A DNA stretch of 64,000 nt from positions 1 through 64,000 of the forward strand of contig DF236982.1 of NCBI GenBank assembly GCA_000708835.1, given 5' to 3'. The notes under the pieces are model-generated. The model saw only the letters and a program-made list of their open reading frames with translations, was not told the DNA's origin and ran no database searches. Shown one piece after another: positions 50,033 through 62,255 of the stretch. The stretch is from Klebsormidium nitens. Taxonomy: Eukaryota; Plantae; Klebsormidiophyceae. A program made the translations under genes and the position numbers. Each line of letters starts with the position of its first letter. Positions within the stretch are counted from its first letter, which is position 1.

Positions 50033-51776
50033 CGCAGATGTAGATGCAGAGCTGCTGATTGTTAGCGTCAGGACAGATTTCGACGCTGAGCTTTGCCCAC
50101 TGATAAATTCATGTCAAAGTTGCAGTAATGCCAACGGTCAATTGTACAGAGTAAGTGCTTATCATTGGTAATTTGTAGTGCAGGGGATATCACGATGACA
50201 GAGAGCACAATTTGTGCTCGTACACAGAACTTGCTCACACTTATGCACAAACGGATGCTTGATATGGTGCACATCGACTGTGTCTTGAGACATCCGAGGC
50301 CCACAATTCTAGGCCGTTGTCGTTCGCTGATCTGAGAAGACGTCTGATCAATCCTGTTGGCAACTCGCATGTAGTCTAGTTTGCAATAGCAGCTGTCCAG
50401 ACCGAATGTTGTTGTTGCATGAGCTGGCCGGAACCGTCTGTGAATGATTTCAGCTTTGTCAAATCAAGTGAATGTGTGCGGTCGAATGGCCAACTAGCTT
50501 CAGATCCTGATTGCATATGAACCGGTGTGCATGGACAATATGGTCTGACGGGTTTATATTGCAAATATTATTTAGGTATTTTGTACAGGCTACACCCCGA
50601 CGATAGTCATTCATGAAACTGCAGCGATGCGCACGTTCACCTACATGCTTCTCATGCAATTGCCGCTCAGCGTAAATACAACTTAGGAACAGCTGATGGT
50701 TTCTTTTGGTATATAGCCCAGATCGACGCAACCTTTTGAAGGGCCCTGCTGGCCATGGCCATCAAACTCGGGCTCCTCCACCATTTTCTGGCGCCCACTT
50801 CTGCGCAGCCCGAGCTAGCTGATGATTCAGCGACCTGAAAAGATGCCGCTTTTACAGCATATCGTAGTACGATATTTTTGACCCGACTCGGTGGCAGCAC
50901 ATGAGGCTTGGGGGATTTCCCGAGTGGCTAAGGGTAGACTTACATTGGCACGGTTACTGTTGAAACTTAACTGCAACCGGACCGCACATTGGCACCGTTA
51001 CTTTTACTTACGGTTACTTCATCGATCAACTCGGTCGATTCTTCGGAACCCCCCGCGATTATCTACCAACGGCACCGTTGGCCCGCCGAGACGGGTTGGG
51101 GCCAACGGCGCACCGTTACTTCATCCGGGCTTGCCGCGTGGGGGGAACGAATGGATCGGACGGCTCGGAAGCCTGGTCAGTACACTCTCAGTACCCAAGA
51201 TCTACATGGTACAGTACCGTCTGATCCGAAATGTGCAGATTTGCTCCTTTCAAGGGGCTACGTTCGGGTGACCGGCCGAGTGCTTTCGCGCCAAACTCGA
51301 AGTAACCGTGCCGTCGGAAAAAGTTGCTACAAACCCATGTACCCGTGCCAATGTAAGTCTACTCTAAGCCTGGCCGGGTGCATGCATGATGGGGTGGAGG
51401 GCGGAGAATCAGAGACTCGGACGGTCCTCGCGGAGGAGGCGGCCGAGACTCCGCGGGACCGCCCCGAAAACGGAATCAATCATTGCTTCGACCCTCGAAC
51501 TCAAAAGTCCTGCCATGTGGCCGGCTGCAATTGGCCGCTGCGTTCCGTAGCCAAACCGACAGCTAACTACAGCGTACATACTATAAAGAGAATGGCCACC
51601 TTACTCCGGAGTCGGGTTTCATGCCAAGTTAAGGTGCCGGGTCATCTGGCTAACCAACTCTTCTGCTAACCAGCTTCTGCTCAGTGGTCACACAGAAGTG
51701 GGGTCAAATAATGTGCTCAAACCTGACACTTCTTTCCGGCGTTTCAAAGTTAAAATTTTGTGGGTTACAGCTAGTT

Positions 51777-51883
51777 CCGAGCAACCTGCTAGTTTTAGTG
51801 AAAGTATTAGTGTAACTTAGTCAGTCTGTTTGTGAGTGAAATTAGTCTAAATTAGATGACACTAAAACTAGCAGGTTGCTCGG
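51777..51883. repeat. 107-bp element with perfect 24-bp inverted repeats (hairpin / mini-MITE)
   Basis: CCGAGCAACCTGCTAGTTTTAGTG (51777-51800) and its reverse complement (51860-51883), with an AT-rich spacer. No clear TSD. Confidence 0.8.
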
Positions 51884-52390
51884 GAGAAGCTGTAGGGGAG
51901 ACCGCCCCACACAACTTAGTATTAGCATAGCCTTAAATGACCAGTGGTGTACATCTTAGCTGCTGTTAGATCGGAAGCTGGACGGTGTCGATGCTTTGAA
52001 TTTTGATCTAGGGTGGGGTGCGCTTCAAGTCAGGTGACTTTGTGGTCAACGAAGTCAATGGTAAAGGATTTCGACCAATCACAGAACGAATAAAATGTGT
52101 CATTACCGGGCGTACTCAAGATGATAATAAGGTGTCAAATTATACTACTTTCAAGGGAGTGCTTGAGTCCTGACTACTCAATGCTCATGAATCATCGCCC
52201 CAGCTGTGGCCAGCTCCTTGCAGACGCTCTTCAAGCGAGCCGCCCTTCAGTTTTTTCGCACAGTGGCATGAGCTCAGCACGAGCACCAGCAGTCCTGGAG
52301 ACGCTAATGATGGCTCCAAGCCTGAGCACGGGTCCTGCTGTGCCTCCATCCCGCATTTCCACCAGCAGAGCAACCCGCTCAACAGCACAG

Positions 52391-53116
52391 ATGCCCACAT
52401 TCCTCCTGCTATGGGGAGCCCCTCTCCTGTTACTCTCCATTGTCTCTGTCACCTCTGCGCAGGGCCTTATTGCGGTCCCTCCCACCTTGACGCCCGAGCT
52501 GGGCTTCTATTACCTCAACAAGCTCAGGCTGACACAGCCAGGGATTGAGTTCTACTCAATCTTGTTGCAGCGCAATAGTGCCCGCGTCAACGCCTACGTC
52601 CAGGTCAATAATCTTTTACAAACTGACACCCCCAAGGGAGCTGCGGCCAAGAGTTCTTCCGTGCGCGCGGTTTACACCGCAAACACACTTGGGGGGAAGG
52701 TGACGATTGAGAGCTTCTACCGGCTGCTGCGCTGCGAGGACGACGGGTGCTTTGGGATCAGCAGGGTAGTTGTGGCGGAGGTGGACAATGGGCCTAACAA
52801 CCGCACCTATCCCATGATTGTGGTCAAGTCAACCATGGGCAACACTTCTTGGCTGCTTGGCGCTCCGCAAGGCGCTGTCAAAATTCTTCTTGACACCGCC
52901 GGCGAGCGCTCCTACACTGATCCCTTGTACAAGAGCTTTGCGCTGTACCACAAGCTGGTCAAGCGCCCCGCCCCGTGCAGCTCGGCCCTCCCCATGACCG
53001 GCGCGGGGGCGCTTTCGGAGTTTTTCGGGTTGCCAGGGTTCTCGTGCATCCAGTACCAAAACATCACGGTCATAGTGGGGGCCAGCGCGAGCAGTATGGC
53101 CGCCGTGATGCTTTAA
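52391..53116 (+). CDS. Intronless putative secreted protein of unknown function (about 241 aa; upstream in-frame ATGs also exist)
   Basis: Inside the long ORF 52097-53116. Hydrophobic signal-like MPTFLLLWGAPLLLLSIVSVTSAQG, GC3-rich codons, four Cys, hydrophobic C-terminus. Confidence 0.7.
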   Translation: MPTFLLLWGAPLLLLSIVSVTSAQGLIAVPPTLTPELGFYYLNKLRLTQPGIEFYSILLQRNSARVNAYVQVNNLLQTDTPKGAAAKSSSVRAVYTANTLGGKVTIESFYRLLRCEDDGCFGISRVVVAEVDNGPNNRTYPMIVVKSTMGNTSWLLGAPQGAVKILLDTAGERSYTDPLYKSFALYHKLVKRPAPCSSALPMTGAGALSEFFGLPGFSCIQYQNITVIVGASASSMAAVML

Positions 53117-53631
53117 GCCCTTGAACATCCATGGTTAAGGGCTGATAGAGAATGGTTATATGTCCAATAAGCAGACTTGGGCGGTAACCAGCCCCAGAAC
53201 AAGGTTAAGCCGGGTTATTTGTCCCTTAACCAGAGATTCGATTTGGTAACCCGCCTGGTTAGGAGCCAGAGCTTTCTGTGCGCGAATCCCCAGGGGAGTG
53301 AAAGTGTTGTCGTCTTACGAATCCAGACTATTTGCAAGTGCCGGCTTTTGTGTGAAGGCCGGGCGCCTCATGCGGATAGCCTGTCGCTTCTGGATGTTTC
53401 AAGCGAGGTGCTTTGTTTCCCGGGAATGGAATTCTGGGCGCCCCTGCGCAAGCTAGATGGCACTCGGATCCCAGTGACGGTTAAGTGGCTCGTCAAGGAG
53501 ATCCCAGATGCTTTGTTCTCACGCCCCCTGCCACGTGGCTCGCCCAAGATTGCGGAGGCTTGTCGAGCAATACTCCTCGGACGACCCCACATGAGAGCTT
53601 TTGCACTGAACTGATACCGCTTGAGTTGTGA

Positions 53632-54310
53632 CCAACTTCTAGCCGGACTTTTCAGGGACAGGTCATCTAGACCAAAGCCTAACCACGGCCAGTTGACCTT
53701 TGAATCGCCTTGTGCCAAGAGAGTTCTTCGTCTGGCACGCCTCTTCGTGTGAAAGAATCGGTTTACCAGCTTCTAGCCAGACTCTTCGGGGGAAAGGTCA
53801 TTCAGACCAAAGCCTAACCACGCCCGGTTGACCCTCTTTTTCGCCCTGTGCCAAGAGACTTCTTCGTTTCGCTTGTCTCTTCGTGGGAAAAGAAATGATT
53901 CACCAACTTCTAGCCAGACTGTTCGGGGAGAAGGTCATCTAGAACAAAAACCTGATCACGCCGAGTTGACCCTTGATCGCCCTAGGCCAAGACAATTCTT
54001 TGTCTGCCACATCTCTTCGTGTGAAATGATATGATTTACCAACTCAGTTAGCCAGACTTCTCAGGGAGAAGGTCCTCCAGACCAAAGCCTAACCAACGCC
54101 CGGTTGACCTTTAATCGCCCCGTGGCAAGAGAGTTCCTGATCTGGCATGTCTCTCGGTGTGAAAAGAAACGATCTACCAACTCTTAGCCCGACTCTTCAG
54201 GGAGAAGGTCATCTAGACCAAAAGCCTAATGAACGCCCGGTTGACCTTTAATCGCCCCGTGGCAAGAGAGTTCCTGATCTGGCATGTCTCTCGGTGTGAA
54301 AAGAAACGAA
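53632..54310. repeat. Tandem array of five ~135-bp units
   Basis: Units begin with accaacttctagcc-like sequence at about 53632, 53765, 53902, 54038 and 54176. The last two units share about 70 nt of near identity. Confidence 0.88.
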
Positions 54311-54363
54311 TAACGTCCAACATCTCTCTTCGTGAAAAAAGACCTGCGTGTTGCCACTGGTAG

Positions 54364-54676
54364 GGAGGCCGTCGAGAGCCGGCTCGGGCACGAGGTCTTG
54401 CACGGGGACAAGGACCTGCTCGTCCAATGGCGAAGCGCGGACAGCCTGGTGTACGACATCCTCCACCCTCGGAAGGTCGTCGAAGCGGCGCAAGCCGAAG
54501 AGCTGGAGTTTGTGCGCCTCAACCTGGCTCACACCGCGAGTGACGCGTGGGCGCCGTTCTCCCCGGGGGTGGCGAAGAACACTGCGCCACCGCAAGAGCG
54601 TTCCGCCGTGGACCTGAACCGGGACGGACAGAACGCCCGCGTGCCTGATCTGTACGGATTCTTGAAAACGTTTTAA
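54364..54676 (+). CDS. Probable terminal exon of an unidentified gene
   Basis: Acceptor ctggtag|, strongly GC3-biased frame EAVESRLGHEVLHGDKDLLVQWRSADSLVYDILHPRK...FLKTF*. Upstream exons were not resolved. Confidence 0.45.
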
Positions 54677-56827
54677 TGGTAAGGGGGTCCTGGATCCTGC
54701 TAACAGGGAGCATGAACGGCGTACTGGGGTAACCCGACGTGGTTTTCAAGCTTGTAAATGTTTGGCCTTAACACGAACTTTATGAAGCGGCGACTGTAAG
54801 CTCAAACGTCGGCTGTGGTTCAAACGAACTTTCTCGATCATATCTCGAATTTACGAGCCGCCCGACTTGCAGAATAGGTTATTCTCTGGTCTTTGGCTTC
54901 TCCGATCAGTCAATCTCGTAGCGAAAGAGCATCCGCCCCGACACGAAGGTAGACATCACTTCTGAGACTTTGTTTAGAAGAAAAGTTGGAAGGGCGCCGC
55001 ACTGTCCCCTCAGGTTTCGAAAAGTTGATAAGCTACGTCGCTTCAGTTTCTGTCTTGCAAAAGTCGATTTTGAAACTTTTTGATTGCGAAATGATCGATT
55101 GCAACAAGGGACTTCGATCTACTCTTGCAGCAGGCTGGTTGAAAGGCGCAGCACAGGGTCCTGCTTGTCAGGTGCGACAAAGTCACTGGCTTTGCTTACG
55201 AACTAATTACCAACAAGGCAGGATCAAAGGACGGGTTGTTTTTAATCTCAGGAAGGTTGAAAGCGAGCACGTGAGGGTCTGCAATACGGGTTGTGGGGCA
55301 CGTATTAAGCAAAAACGTGTTCGTGTGAGGGCGAGTCATTCAGGCTGAGCTCAAAAGGGTGAGCGTTTGGAGCCACTTTTCAGTAGCCTGACGGTCCCCT
55401 TCCAGTTCAGGAACAAGAGCCCCTCTTTAAGAAGCACAGTGCTCCAAATCTGGAGACGCTCGGGAGCGTTTACGAGCTTGGGTTAGAGCCCATTCTCACT
55501 CTGGGTTCCAGCCATAGCCCCCGCTCAGTGTGTACCCGCTGATGCCCACGCTTCGGCAGTTCCCCCTGGGAAGTAAAGCCCAAATGCAGACACCTCGATC
55601 CTTTTGCAGGTTGATAGCCGGGCTGGACAAACGCGTTTTTCTGGGGGGACGAAGACGGATCAGCGTGGGCTAGTGCTTAGGGGTTAAAATATGACAGAGA
55701 TCTCAGATAGGACTTGCAATCCTGGGAAGAGGAGGAGGGCCTCGGGCATTGAATCTAGTAACTTAAGATTCAGTCCCTTATGATGCAGGGAAGAAAAGCA
55801 TTATGTTGAAGTAGCACCAGGCCCGTACATGTGCTTTTGGCACTATGACGACAAGCTCTTGGCTAGCGGCGGTTAGCATACTAGCTGTTTTACCAAACTG
55901 TAGTGATAGAACTGGTCCGGTCGTGTTGGTATATCTGGTCAGTGTAGTCTGTCGCTCTGACAGAAGGGTTGGACAGGAGTCGGCTCCACTAGGATCGTCC
56001 TCCTCTTTGGTGCTGCGCCGGACGACTGGTCGACACAGGAACGTGCTTGGCAGATCGAAAGGGCCACCAAAAACGCCGCCAAAAACATAAGAAGCAGCCT
56101 AAGAGTTGAGCCCACCTTCTCAACTTCGATCCGAATCGACCTATAAGTCTCAGCTTATGTACCATGACATATTGCAGCTTGCCCCCATGCAACGTCGCGA
56201 TCATGACACGGTGCGCGTCATCGTTGCCGGATCGACATGCATCAGACGGTTGATTGAAATTGCGGCCTTCTGCCATCATATTACATGTGCGACGCAGCAC
56301 GGTGCGCGCGCTTCATTTGCATAATAGTACGAGCCTGTTCGACGAAATTCGTCACCATAATCGGAACGTACGCTGTGAGTACGGGATTAAAGCTCTCATG
56401 GGTATACCGCGTCTACGATCACATTGGTTTTATGCTGTGCGCGCGCCATGGCGGCACAAGCATTTCAACCCTTCCTTCCTGAGCTAATGTTTGTACTACG
56501 TTCTGAACGCTCAATCTCAAAACAGGCTGAAGGCGGATGGGGCACAGGAAGCCGGCGCGACTAGGACGGTTGCAATTTGCACATGCTCTGATGCATGTAT
56601 CTGACCATGGAGCCATGTGTGTAACATTCCTCGGAACGGAACCGCTGATCGGAATTGGCTTTTCAAAACTAATGTGATCGAATCAAGTTATCCATTGAAG
56701 ATCGACACCATACAAATGTAAGCAAGCCTCTAGATCAGACGGGTTTAAACGGATCGGGCACGGCATCAGTAAATTTACTGTACAAAGGAAAAAACAAGCA
56801 GTGCGGCCTGCCCTTGCTCTAAAGAGC

Positions 56828-59155
56828 TCACGAGGCTGGCTCTTTCCCTAGCTCTACTCGAAGATTGTCGTATGGATATTCTCGAGGCGTCTGCAATATG
56901 ACAGGACAACTTTGTTAGCTGTCAATCTATAACACTATCTTTAAAAATTCAAGACCAAAGATTTGTCGACCCGAAGTACAATGAGATCGGTGCCAGGAAT
57001 CCCGCAGGCCTTGCCTAGCTCGAAATTATGCACACGGTTCTTACTCACGATGGAAAATGATGAGTAGATGGGACTGTCAGAGTGGAGGGTGCTCACGTAT
57101 GGAATTGTCGACGCTTTATCTTTGTACCATGCTACTCCGAGGAGAGCCGCAAAACCACTCAAGCCCAAAGACAAGTACGCCAGGGCTTCGTACTGCACGT
57201 CATCAATGGAGGAGGTCAATGAGCGGTCTAGACTTGAAATGCTCGCATCTAAAACAAGAATGCTGTCAGCACTGATGGCGAGAGACATGGAAGTTCGGCC
57301 GGCTCCGCCGGCCCCTCTTGTGCTGCAACGTCAGGAAGCGACAACCAAATTTGGCAGCAATAGATGTTCTTCATGTTCTTCATCGTCCGATGAGGGGTTG
57401 CAATCGAGCGAGTGGCAATTGGCCTCGACAAACCCGCAAAGGGTTCGCATAATAGAATCATCCAGTCAGAAAGAAGCCACAAAACAAGCCTAGAGTTGCG
57501 AACAAACGTTCATTTTGTAGGTATACGTTATGGCATGCAAAGCGGCAGCAGGTGGAGCTGGATAGCCATCGTCAACATACAGGGTCTCTGATAGACCAGC
57601 AGAATACACCCGGACACTCCTACAAACACCTTAGTCATTGGCTCTCATGCAGAAAGAGAGTGAGCGTTTTCAGATAAGCAGAACCACAACGACGAGCAAC
57701 TTCAGTTTTTCGGCAGGAAAGAGCTTGTAAGGTGGCCTCATGATCCCGTGCAACTGGATAGGATGCACAATCCTAAGGAGATTGACCTCACCAAAATGCA
57801 AGCGAAGCGCTCACAGGGGGGCCGGAACACATGTCAGCAAAGAAAACAAGCGAGCAGGGAGGCAACAAGCCAAAGCAAATCAGTATCAAGGTAGAAACAA
57901 CAGTAAGAATACGAGGATAGGATAACAAAATGGAGGAGCACAACTCTGAAACACAGGGGGATCAAGAAGTGACATTCACCTTGGTGAGCGTCGGTGCAAC
58001 GATGTCCAGGCAGGGCTCCGGGGTCGCGCTGCCATCGTCCCATGTCAACTCGTCACTCTCGGGCAACTGCAGATTGGAGAAGATGTATTCTGTATTGGAA
58101 TGTAAAATCTGGTTCAAGAAGCAATCACCCAAGGTGCTTCTCTAGATCTTTCTCTGACTCCAGTTCAAGGAACGACCGCCCACTCTTGCTTCAATGAGAA
58201 TGATGAAAAAAGAGTGGTACATGTAAGGTGTTTCCACCGCCAGATATCTGACTTTCTGGAGCCGTGCGACATACAGGCATGAGGAAAAGGAATGGTTGTG
58301 TCAAGTGCATAGCTCAACCAGAAACCTGGCGGTAAATGTAGAGATAGGCATCAGACCAGAGTGGATCTAGACAGAACTTCATTTGGGGCGTGGTCGAGAA
58401 AAATGAGATGCAGATACAGTGCAAGACTAGATGCAGGATAGGCACAATCATCAACATGGCCAAAGGTGTGCACGGAGGGGGAATGACCCTGCGGATTGCT
58501 AGCAACCTCTGGCTTGGTCCAACATAAAACCATTTTGGCAGAACCGCAAGCAACCAACACATTCTGCTCAAACCAAAGTGAGAACAGCAAACGGTGCATC
58601 TTTTGTCGATGAAACTTGCAGTCCTCGCCATCATTTACAACAGAGTGCACATTGTGTGCCAATGCATCACAAATGTGACGTCTGTGGCCTCATCGACGAT
58701 TACATGTTCTCAACCTGAGTTCTGACAGCGGTGAATCGATCAAAAACGAGCCATAGCACGCACTTTTGGTTCAACATCACAAATTTAGTATAGGACTGCA
58801 GTTATGTGCTATCTATAGATGGTGCTTTATCCAATTACTGGTGTGGACGTACTTTAGCATTCATCGCCTAAATGTGGCCTTTTCTGTGCATTCAAACAGC
58901 TGCACGATCCCTTTGTACTACCGGACAGGATCATTGACAGATGCATCCCCACAGTGAACTGAGAAAACGAGCAATATCAAGATCGACCAAACGTTCGCTC
59001 CTCGGTGACAACAAAAGAAACTTTTGAGGAGGCCAAAGCTTTCCCAGACTGACCGGACTGGAAGGGGGGGGGGCGCTTCCTATGGGTTGGCCTGCGCCGC
59101 CTCTAACTGGAACGACCGCCCGAGGTGCCAGTAGGCGCCTCCCCAGGAGCGCCAT
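56828..59155 (-). CDS. NDUFB8: Mitochondrial complex I subunit NDUFB8 (ASHI), plant type, 4 exons
   Basis: Exons 59155-59054, 58066-57980, 57192-57097 and 56890-56828. Translation: MALLGRRLLAPRAVVPVRGGAGQPIG...LPESDELTWDDGSATPEPCLD...KYEALAYLSLGLSGFAALLGVAWYKDKASTIPYTPREYPYDNLRVELGKEPAS*. Confidence 0.92.
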
Positions 59156-59744
59156 GCTCCGAGATCCGCTCATGTTTGATTGTGGCACTCGACAGCAAAG
59201 AGAGATTAAAGCTGAATGTTGGAGGTGGTTCAGGAAGCGAGCCTGCTTACTTCGCCAGTGGCAGAGGTCACGGCCTATGGAAAGCAGAGCGTAGAGGAAG
59301 CGCCTTCCTTATGCTTCAGTCCTTCACTGCTTCAGCAACCCTCCCGCGCTGGAAAACGATCTGATCGTTTTCCATGATTCACTCGGACAGGATTTGTCGA
59401 AGTCAGATCGCTTTGCAAATTGCAGTGCTTCAATTTCTATTAGTACTTAGAGGAGGCGCAATTGGGAGGGGTACAAGTTGCAGCCAGTTTTCGTTGAGCT
59501 TTGGTGTCGCACTTGAGCCTGAGGTGTTGGAACAACTGACAACATGGACATCTTTCTCTCGTACATCCTGCTTAGCTCGTTTTTGCTTCGGTTTGTCAAG
59601 ACGGTGGACGCTTTGGCGCTTCTGATTGGCGAGTGCTGATGTCTTCACTGCTCTTTGTAGTACAAGGGGTATCTTTCCTGCAAGGATTTTGAAGCGAGCC
59701 GTTGCTCCATGGGGCACACTTAAGAGGGGGAAGTTCTGAAAATC

Positions 59745-61268
59745 ATGGCGTCACCTGGTTATGGCATCCCCAACTATGGTACAGTCAGCGATGCCGATGT
59801 CAACCAGCTGCTGGAGCAGTTTGAGGATGAGAACATGCTGAGTCTTTACTTGGGGAGCCACCGCGCTGGCGAAGGCCAATCGGGCGCCTTCGCTGATGTT
59901 GGCGAGCTCACGCCTTCCTACCTGCAAGACGAGGATGGGGGACTGGATAACGACTTGGCTGCAAGGCTGGCTGCTCTCAAAGCTCCTCGAAACGGCAACT
60001 CCCAAGGTGACGGAAAAAATAGCGCTGCAAACGCAGGCCGCCCTCCTACCACAACGTCTAATAAGGAGGAGGTCAGGAAGAACAGTCCTCCAGAGGGGAA
60101 GCTGTCTCCGGAGTTGTCCAGACCAGGTGCAGGTGGAGAGTTTGGGTCAAAGTCTGGGCCCAAAGATGGAGTGAGAAATGATGGTCAGACGGGCCTCCCT
60201 GTGGTGCAAGCTGCGGATAAGCATGTGGAGCCCGATCCAGATGATGTAACAAGCCTAGGGAACGACCTGGCAAGCAGGCTTCGAAAGCTGAAGGGGGGGG
60301 CAAACCAGAGGGGATTGCCGGACGTCGATGTCTCCAAGGGCAACGCTGCGGAGGCTGAGAGGTATGCCTCATTGAAGAAGCGAACAACCAACGGAACGGC
60401 AACCGACGTGGCTGCGGCCAATGAGGAGTGCAGCGAGAAGCAAGCGGCCCAACAAGTTGCTGGACCTTCTGGGGCGCCATTCATCGATCTTTCACGAGGG
60501 GGGGCGAAGAAGCAAGCGGTGGAGGTCGCAGGCCGAGGGAAGGTGAGGGAGTCATGGAGCAACCCCTTGGCAGGCCTGTTTGGAAGGCAAAGTTCTTCTG
60601 CGAAGTCTGGCAGGGCGCCAGCCCCGCCGGCAGGACCAACAGATGGGCCTCGTGATCTGGACAACACGGAACGGCGAGCTCGTGAAGTGTTGGCTGGATT
60701 CTCAAACGGTGGTGAGGGCGCTAACCGGAGTAGCAGGAAAAATGGACGGCCAGGATCGGCATCGTCATCGATAGACCCCAGTTCCGCTCTGTTTCGAGAT
60801 TTGCAGTCCGTGCGAGTTCCCCAGGCTGAGGGGGCGTATGACCAGGTAATCAAAGAGGAGCAGAAAGAGCTGTCGGAAGTGGAGGCGTTGCTAGCTGCTA
60901 TGCGCGACGACGTCCGTATCAGGAGGGAAAGACAGGTACCGGGGCTGGAAGTGGCTGCGGGTGAGCACTCGCACCGGGAGGAAGAGGACGGTTCCTTGGA
61001 TTCGGACTCGGAGCTTTCTGAGGAGCATAAGAAAGATGATAAGAAAGTCGAAGAGATTGCCGCTTGGGCTGTTGATGCGGCTAGGTTGGAAGTACTGGAC
61101 GCAGATACCGATGAAGTTGCTTCTGTGCATAAAGGGCGAAGACACACCCGTCAATCAGATTCAAGCGATGAGGACGGAAGTAATATGTCTGATTATGCGT
61201 CCAGCAGCGATTCTGATGGTCCTGTGAATGAAAAGAAGTCTGTTTCTAAGAAAGGATCAAGGAGATAG
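59745..61268 (+). CDS. Intronless 507-aa largely disordered protein with MIM1-like (LxxRLxxLK) motifs and a WAVDAARL motif; unknown function
   Basis: Long ATG-initiated ORF with low complexity and an acidic/basic C-terminus. Contains DNDLAARLAALK, NDLASRLRKLK and VEEIAAWAVDAARL. Confidence 0.8.
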   Translation: MASPGYGIPNYGTVSDADVNQLLEQFEDENMLSLYLGSHRAGEGQSGAFADVGELTPSYLQDEDGGLDNDLAARLAALKAPRNGNSQGDGKNSAANAGRPPTTTSNKEEVRKNSPPEGKLSPELSRPGAGGEFGSKSGPKDGVRNDGQTGLPVVQAADKHVEPDPDDVTSLGNDLASRLRKLKGGANQRGLPDVDVSKGNAAEAERYASLKKRTTNGTATDVAAANEECSEKQAAQQVAGPSGAPFIDLSRGGAKKQAVEVAGRGKVRESWSNPLAGLFGRQSSSAKSGRAPAPPAGPTDGPRDLDNTERRAREVLAGFSNGGEGANRSSRKNGRPGSASSSIDPSSALFRDLQSVRVPQAEGAYDQVIKEEQKELSEVEALLAAMRDDVRIRRERQVPGLEVAAGEHSHREEEDGSLDSDSELSEEHKKDDKKVEEIAAWAVDAARLEVLDADTDEVASVHKGRRHTRQSDSSDEDGSNMSDYASSSDSDGPVNEKKSVSKKGSRR

Positions 61269-62154
61269 AAAAAGTTTACGTTGATTGCGTGTACATATTA
61301 CCAGAAGCAGACATCTAATTACGTAGTGAGGCAACACCTAGGACCGAAACACAAAGCTGCGAAGTTTTGTACCTTGAGGCCGCGCTGCTCAGAGAAAGTT
61401 GGTCGAGACTAAGTTTGTTGCACCTAATGATCTTATGCAATTTCGCGGAACTCATTTCAGCATTGATCGTAGACTATTTATATCGCTGTATATGTGGCGT
61501 GTGGAGTAGCGTGCGATCGGAAGCTCGTTCCAATTCTGCATCACAAATTGCAATTATGACAATTGCACAGCATGTGCGCGGTTGCCGGCGGCGTAAAAGC
61601 GTCGAATAGCTATTGTTTGCATAATTCCGCGGTCTTGCGTCGCATGCAAACTTGAAAAAATCGTGCAAGACCGATATGATTGTCTGGTTAAAAATAGATC
61701 AATCATATGCAGGTGACTCACTCAGTGGACGTACGGTACACGCCGCTTATGCTAAGATTGAGTGACTGAAACGTCATGTGTAGATCGGCCTGCATGGGGC
61801 AGTACAACCGCTGCATGTCTGCAGTAGAACGATCATTGTGAGCGTACTAACGGTATGTCAGTGTGCGGGAACCGTTCAGGACGGTTTCTGTGACAGATTC
61901 CCTCCCAATCTAATAGAGAGTCCTGGTCTTGACCGGCCTGGCTATGATCTTGACACGATAAATGACCAATCAGCAGAGGCTGCGACTCCCTGCTTATAAT
62001 GTCGTAGTGATTAGAAACCCCGCCTATGGTTAGAGCCAAAACGGCTTTTCTGTACGTAATTCGCAGAGTTGGCTCGTGAGTGCAGGATTAGTCTCTATCG
62101 GTGCAATGATCCACCTCTTTGTTAACGTGGACGGGCGTTCGTTTTGTACTACTT

Positions 62155-62255
62155 CTGAACAGCGGCTACTGTTCTCGAGCTCGAGCAGATCAAAAGGCAA
62201 ATTAAACCAGTCGGACCAAACGCAGCGGCTACTATTTTCGAGCTCGACCAAGTTT
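62155..62255. repeat. About 62-bp tandem duplication
   Basis: cagcggctact(g/a)tt(c/t)tcgagctcga occurs at about 62160 and 62223. Confidence 0.7.

Noticed and set aside
50667-50900. Short minus-strand ORF MAMASRALQK as a small gene
   Set aside because: No consistent downstream exon or homology could be established.
53632-54310. Regularly spaced repeats as a CRISPR array (also 34160-34860 and 63125-63830)
   Set aside because: Eukaryotic context, whole units are homologous with no unique spacers, and there are no cas genes.
54248-54611. Minus-strand exon reading of the 54.3-54.6 kb segment
   Set aside because: An acceptor-like site exists, but codon bias and stop position favour the plus strand; the minus frame is its mirror.
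57068-57493. 141-aa plus-strand ORF
   Set aside because: Overlaps NDUFB8 exon 3 and intron on the opposite strand; no recognisable features.
60185-61147. 320-aa minus-strand ORF
   Set aside because: Antisense shadow of the 507-aa plus-strand gene (Ser/Ala-rich mirror, no ATG context).
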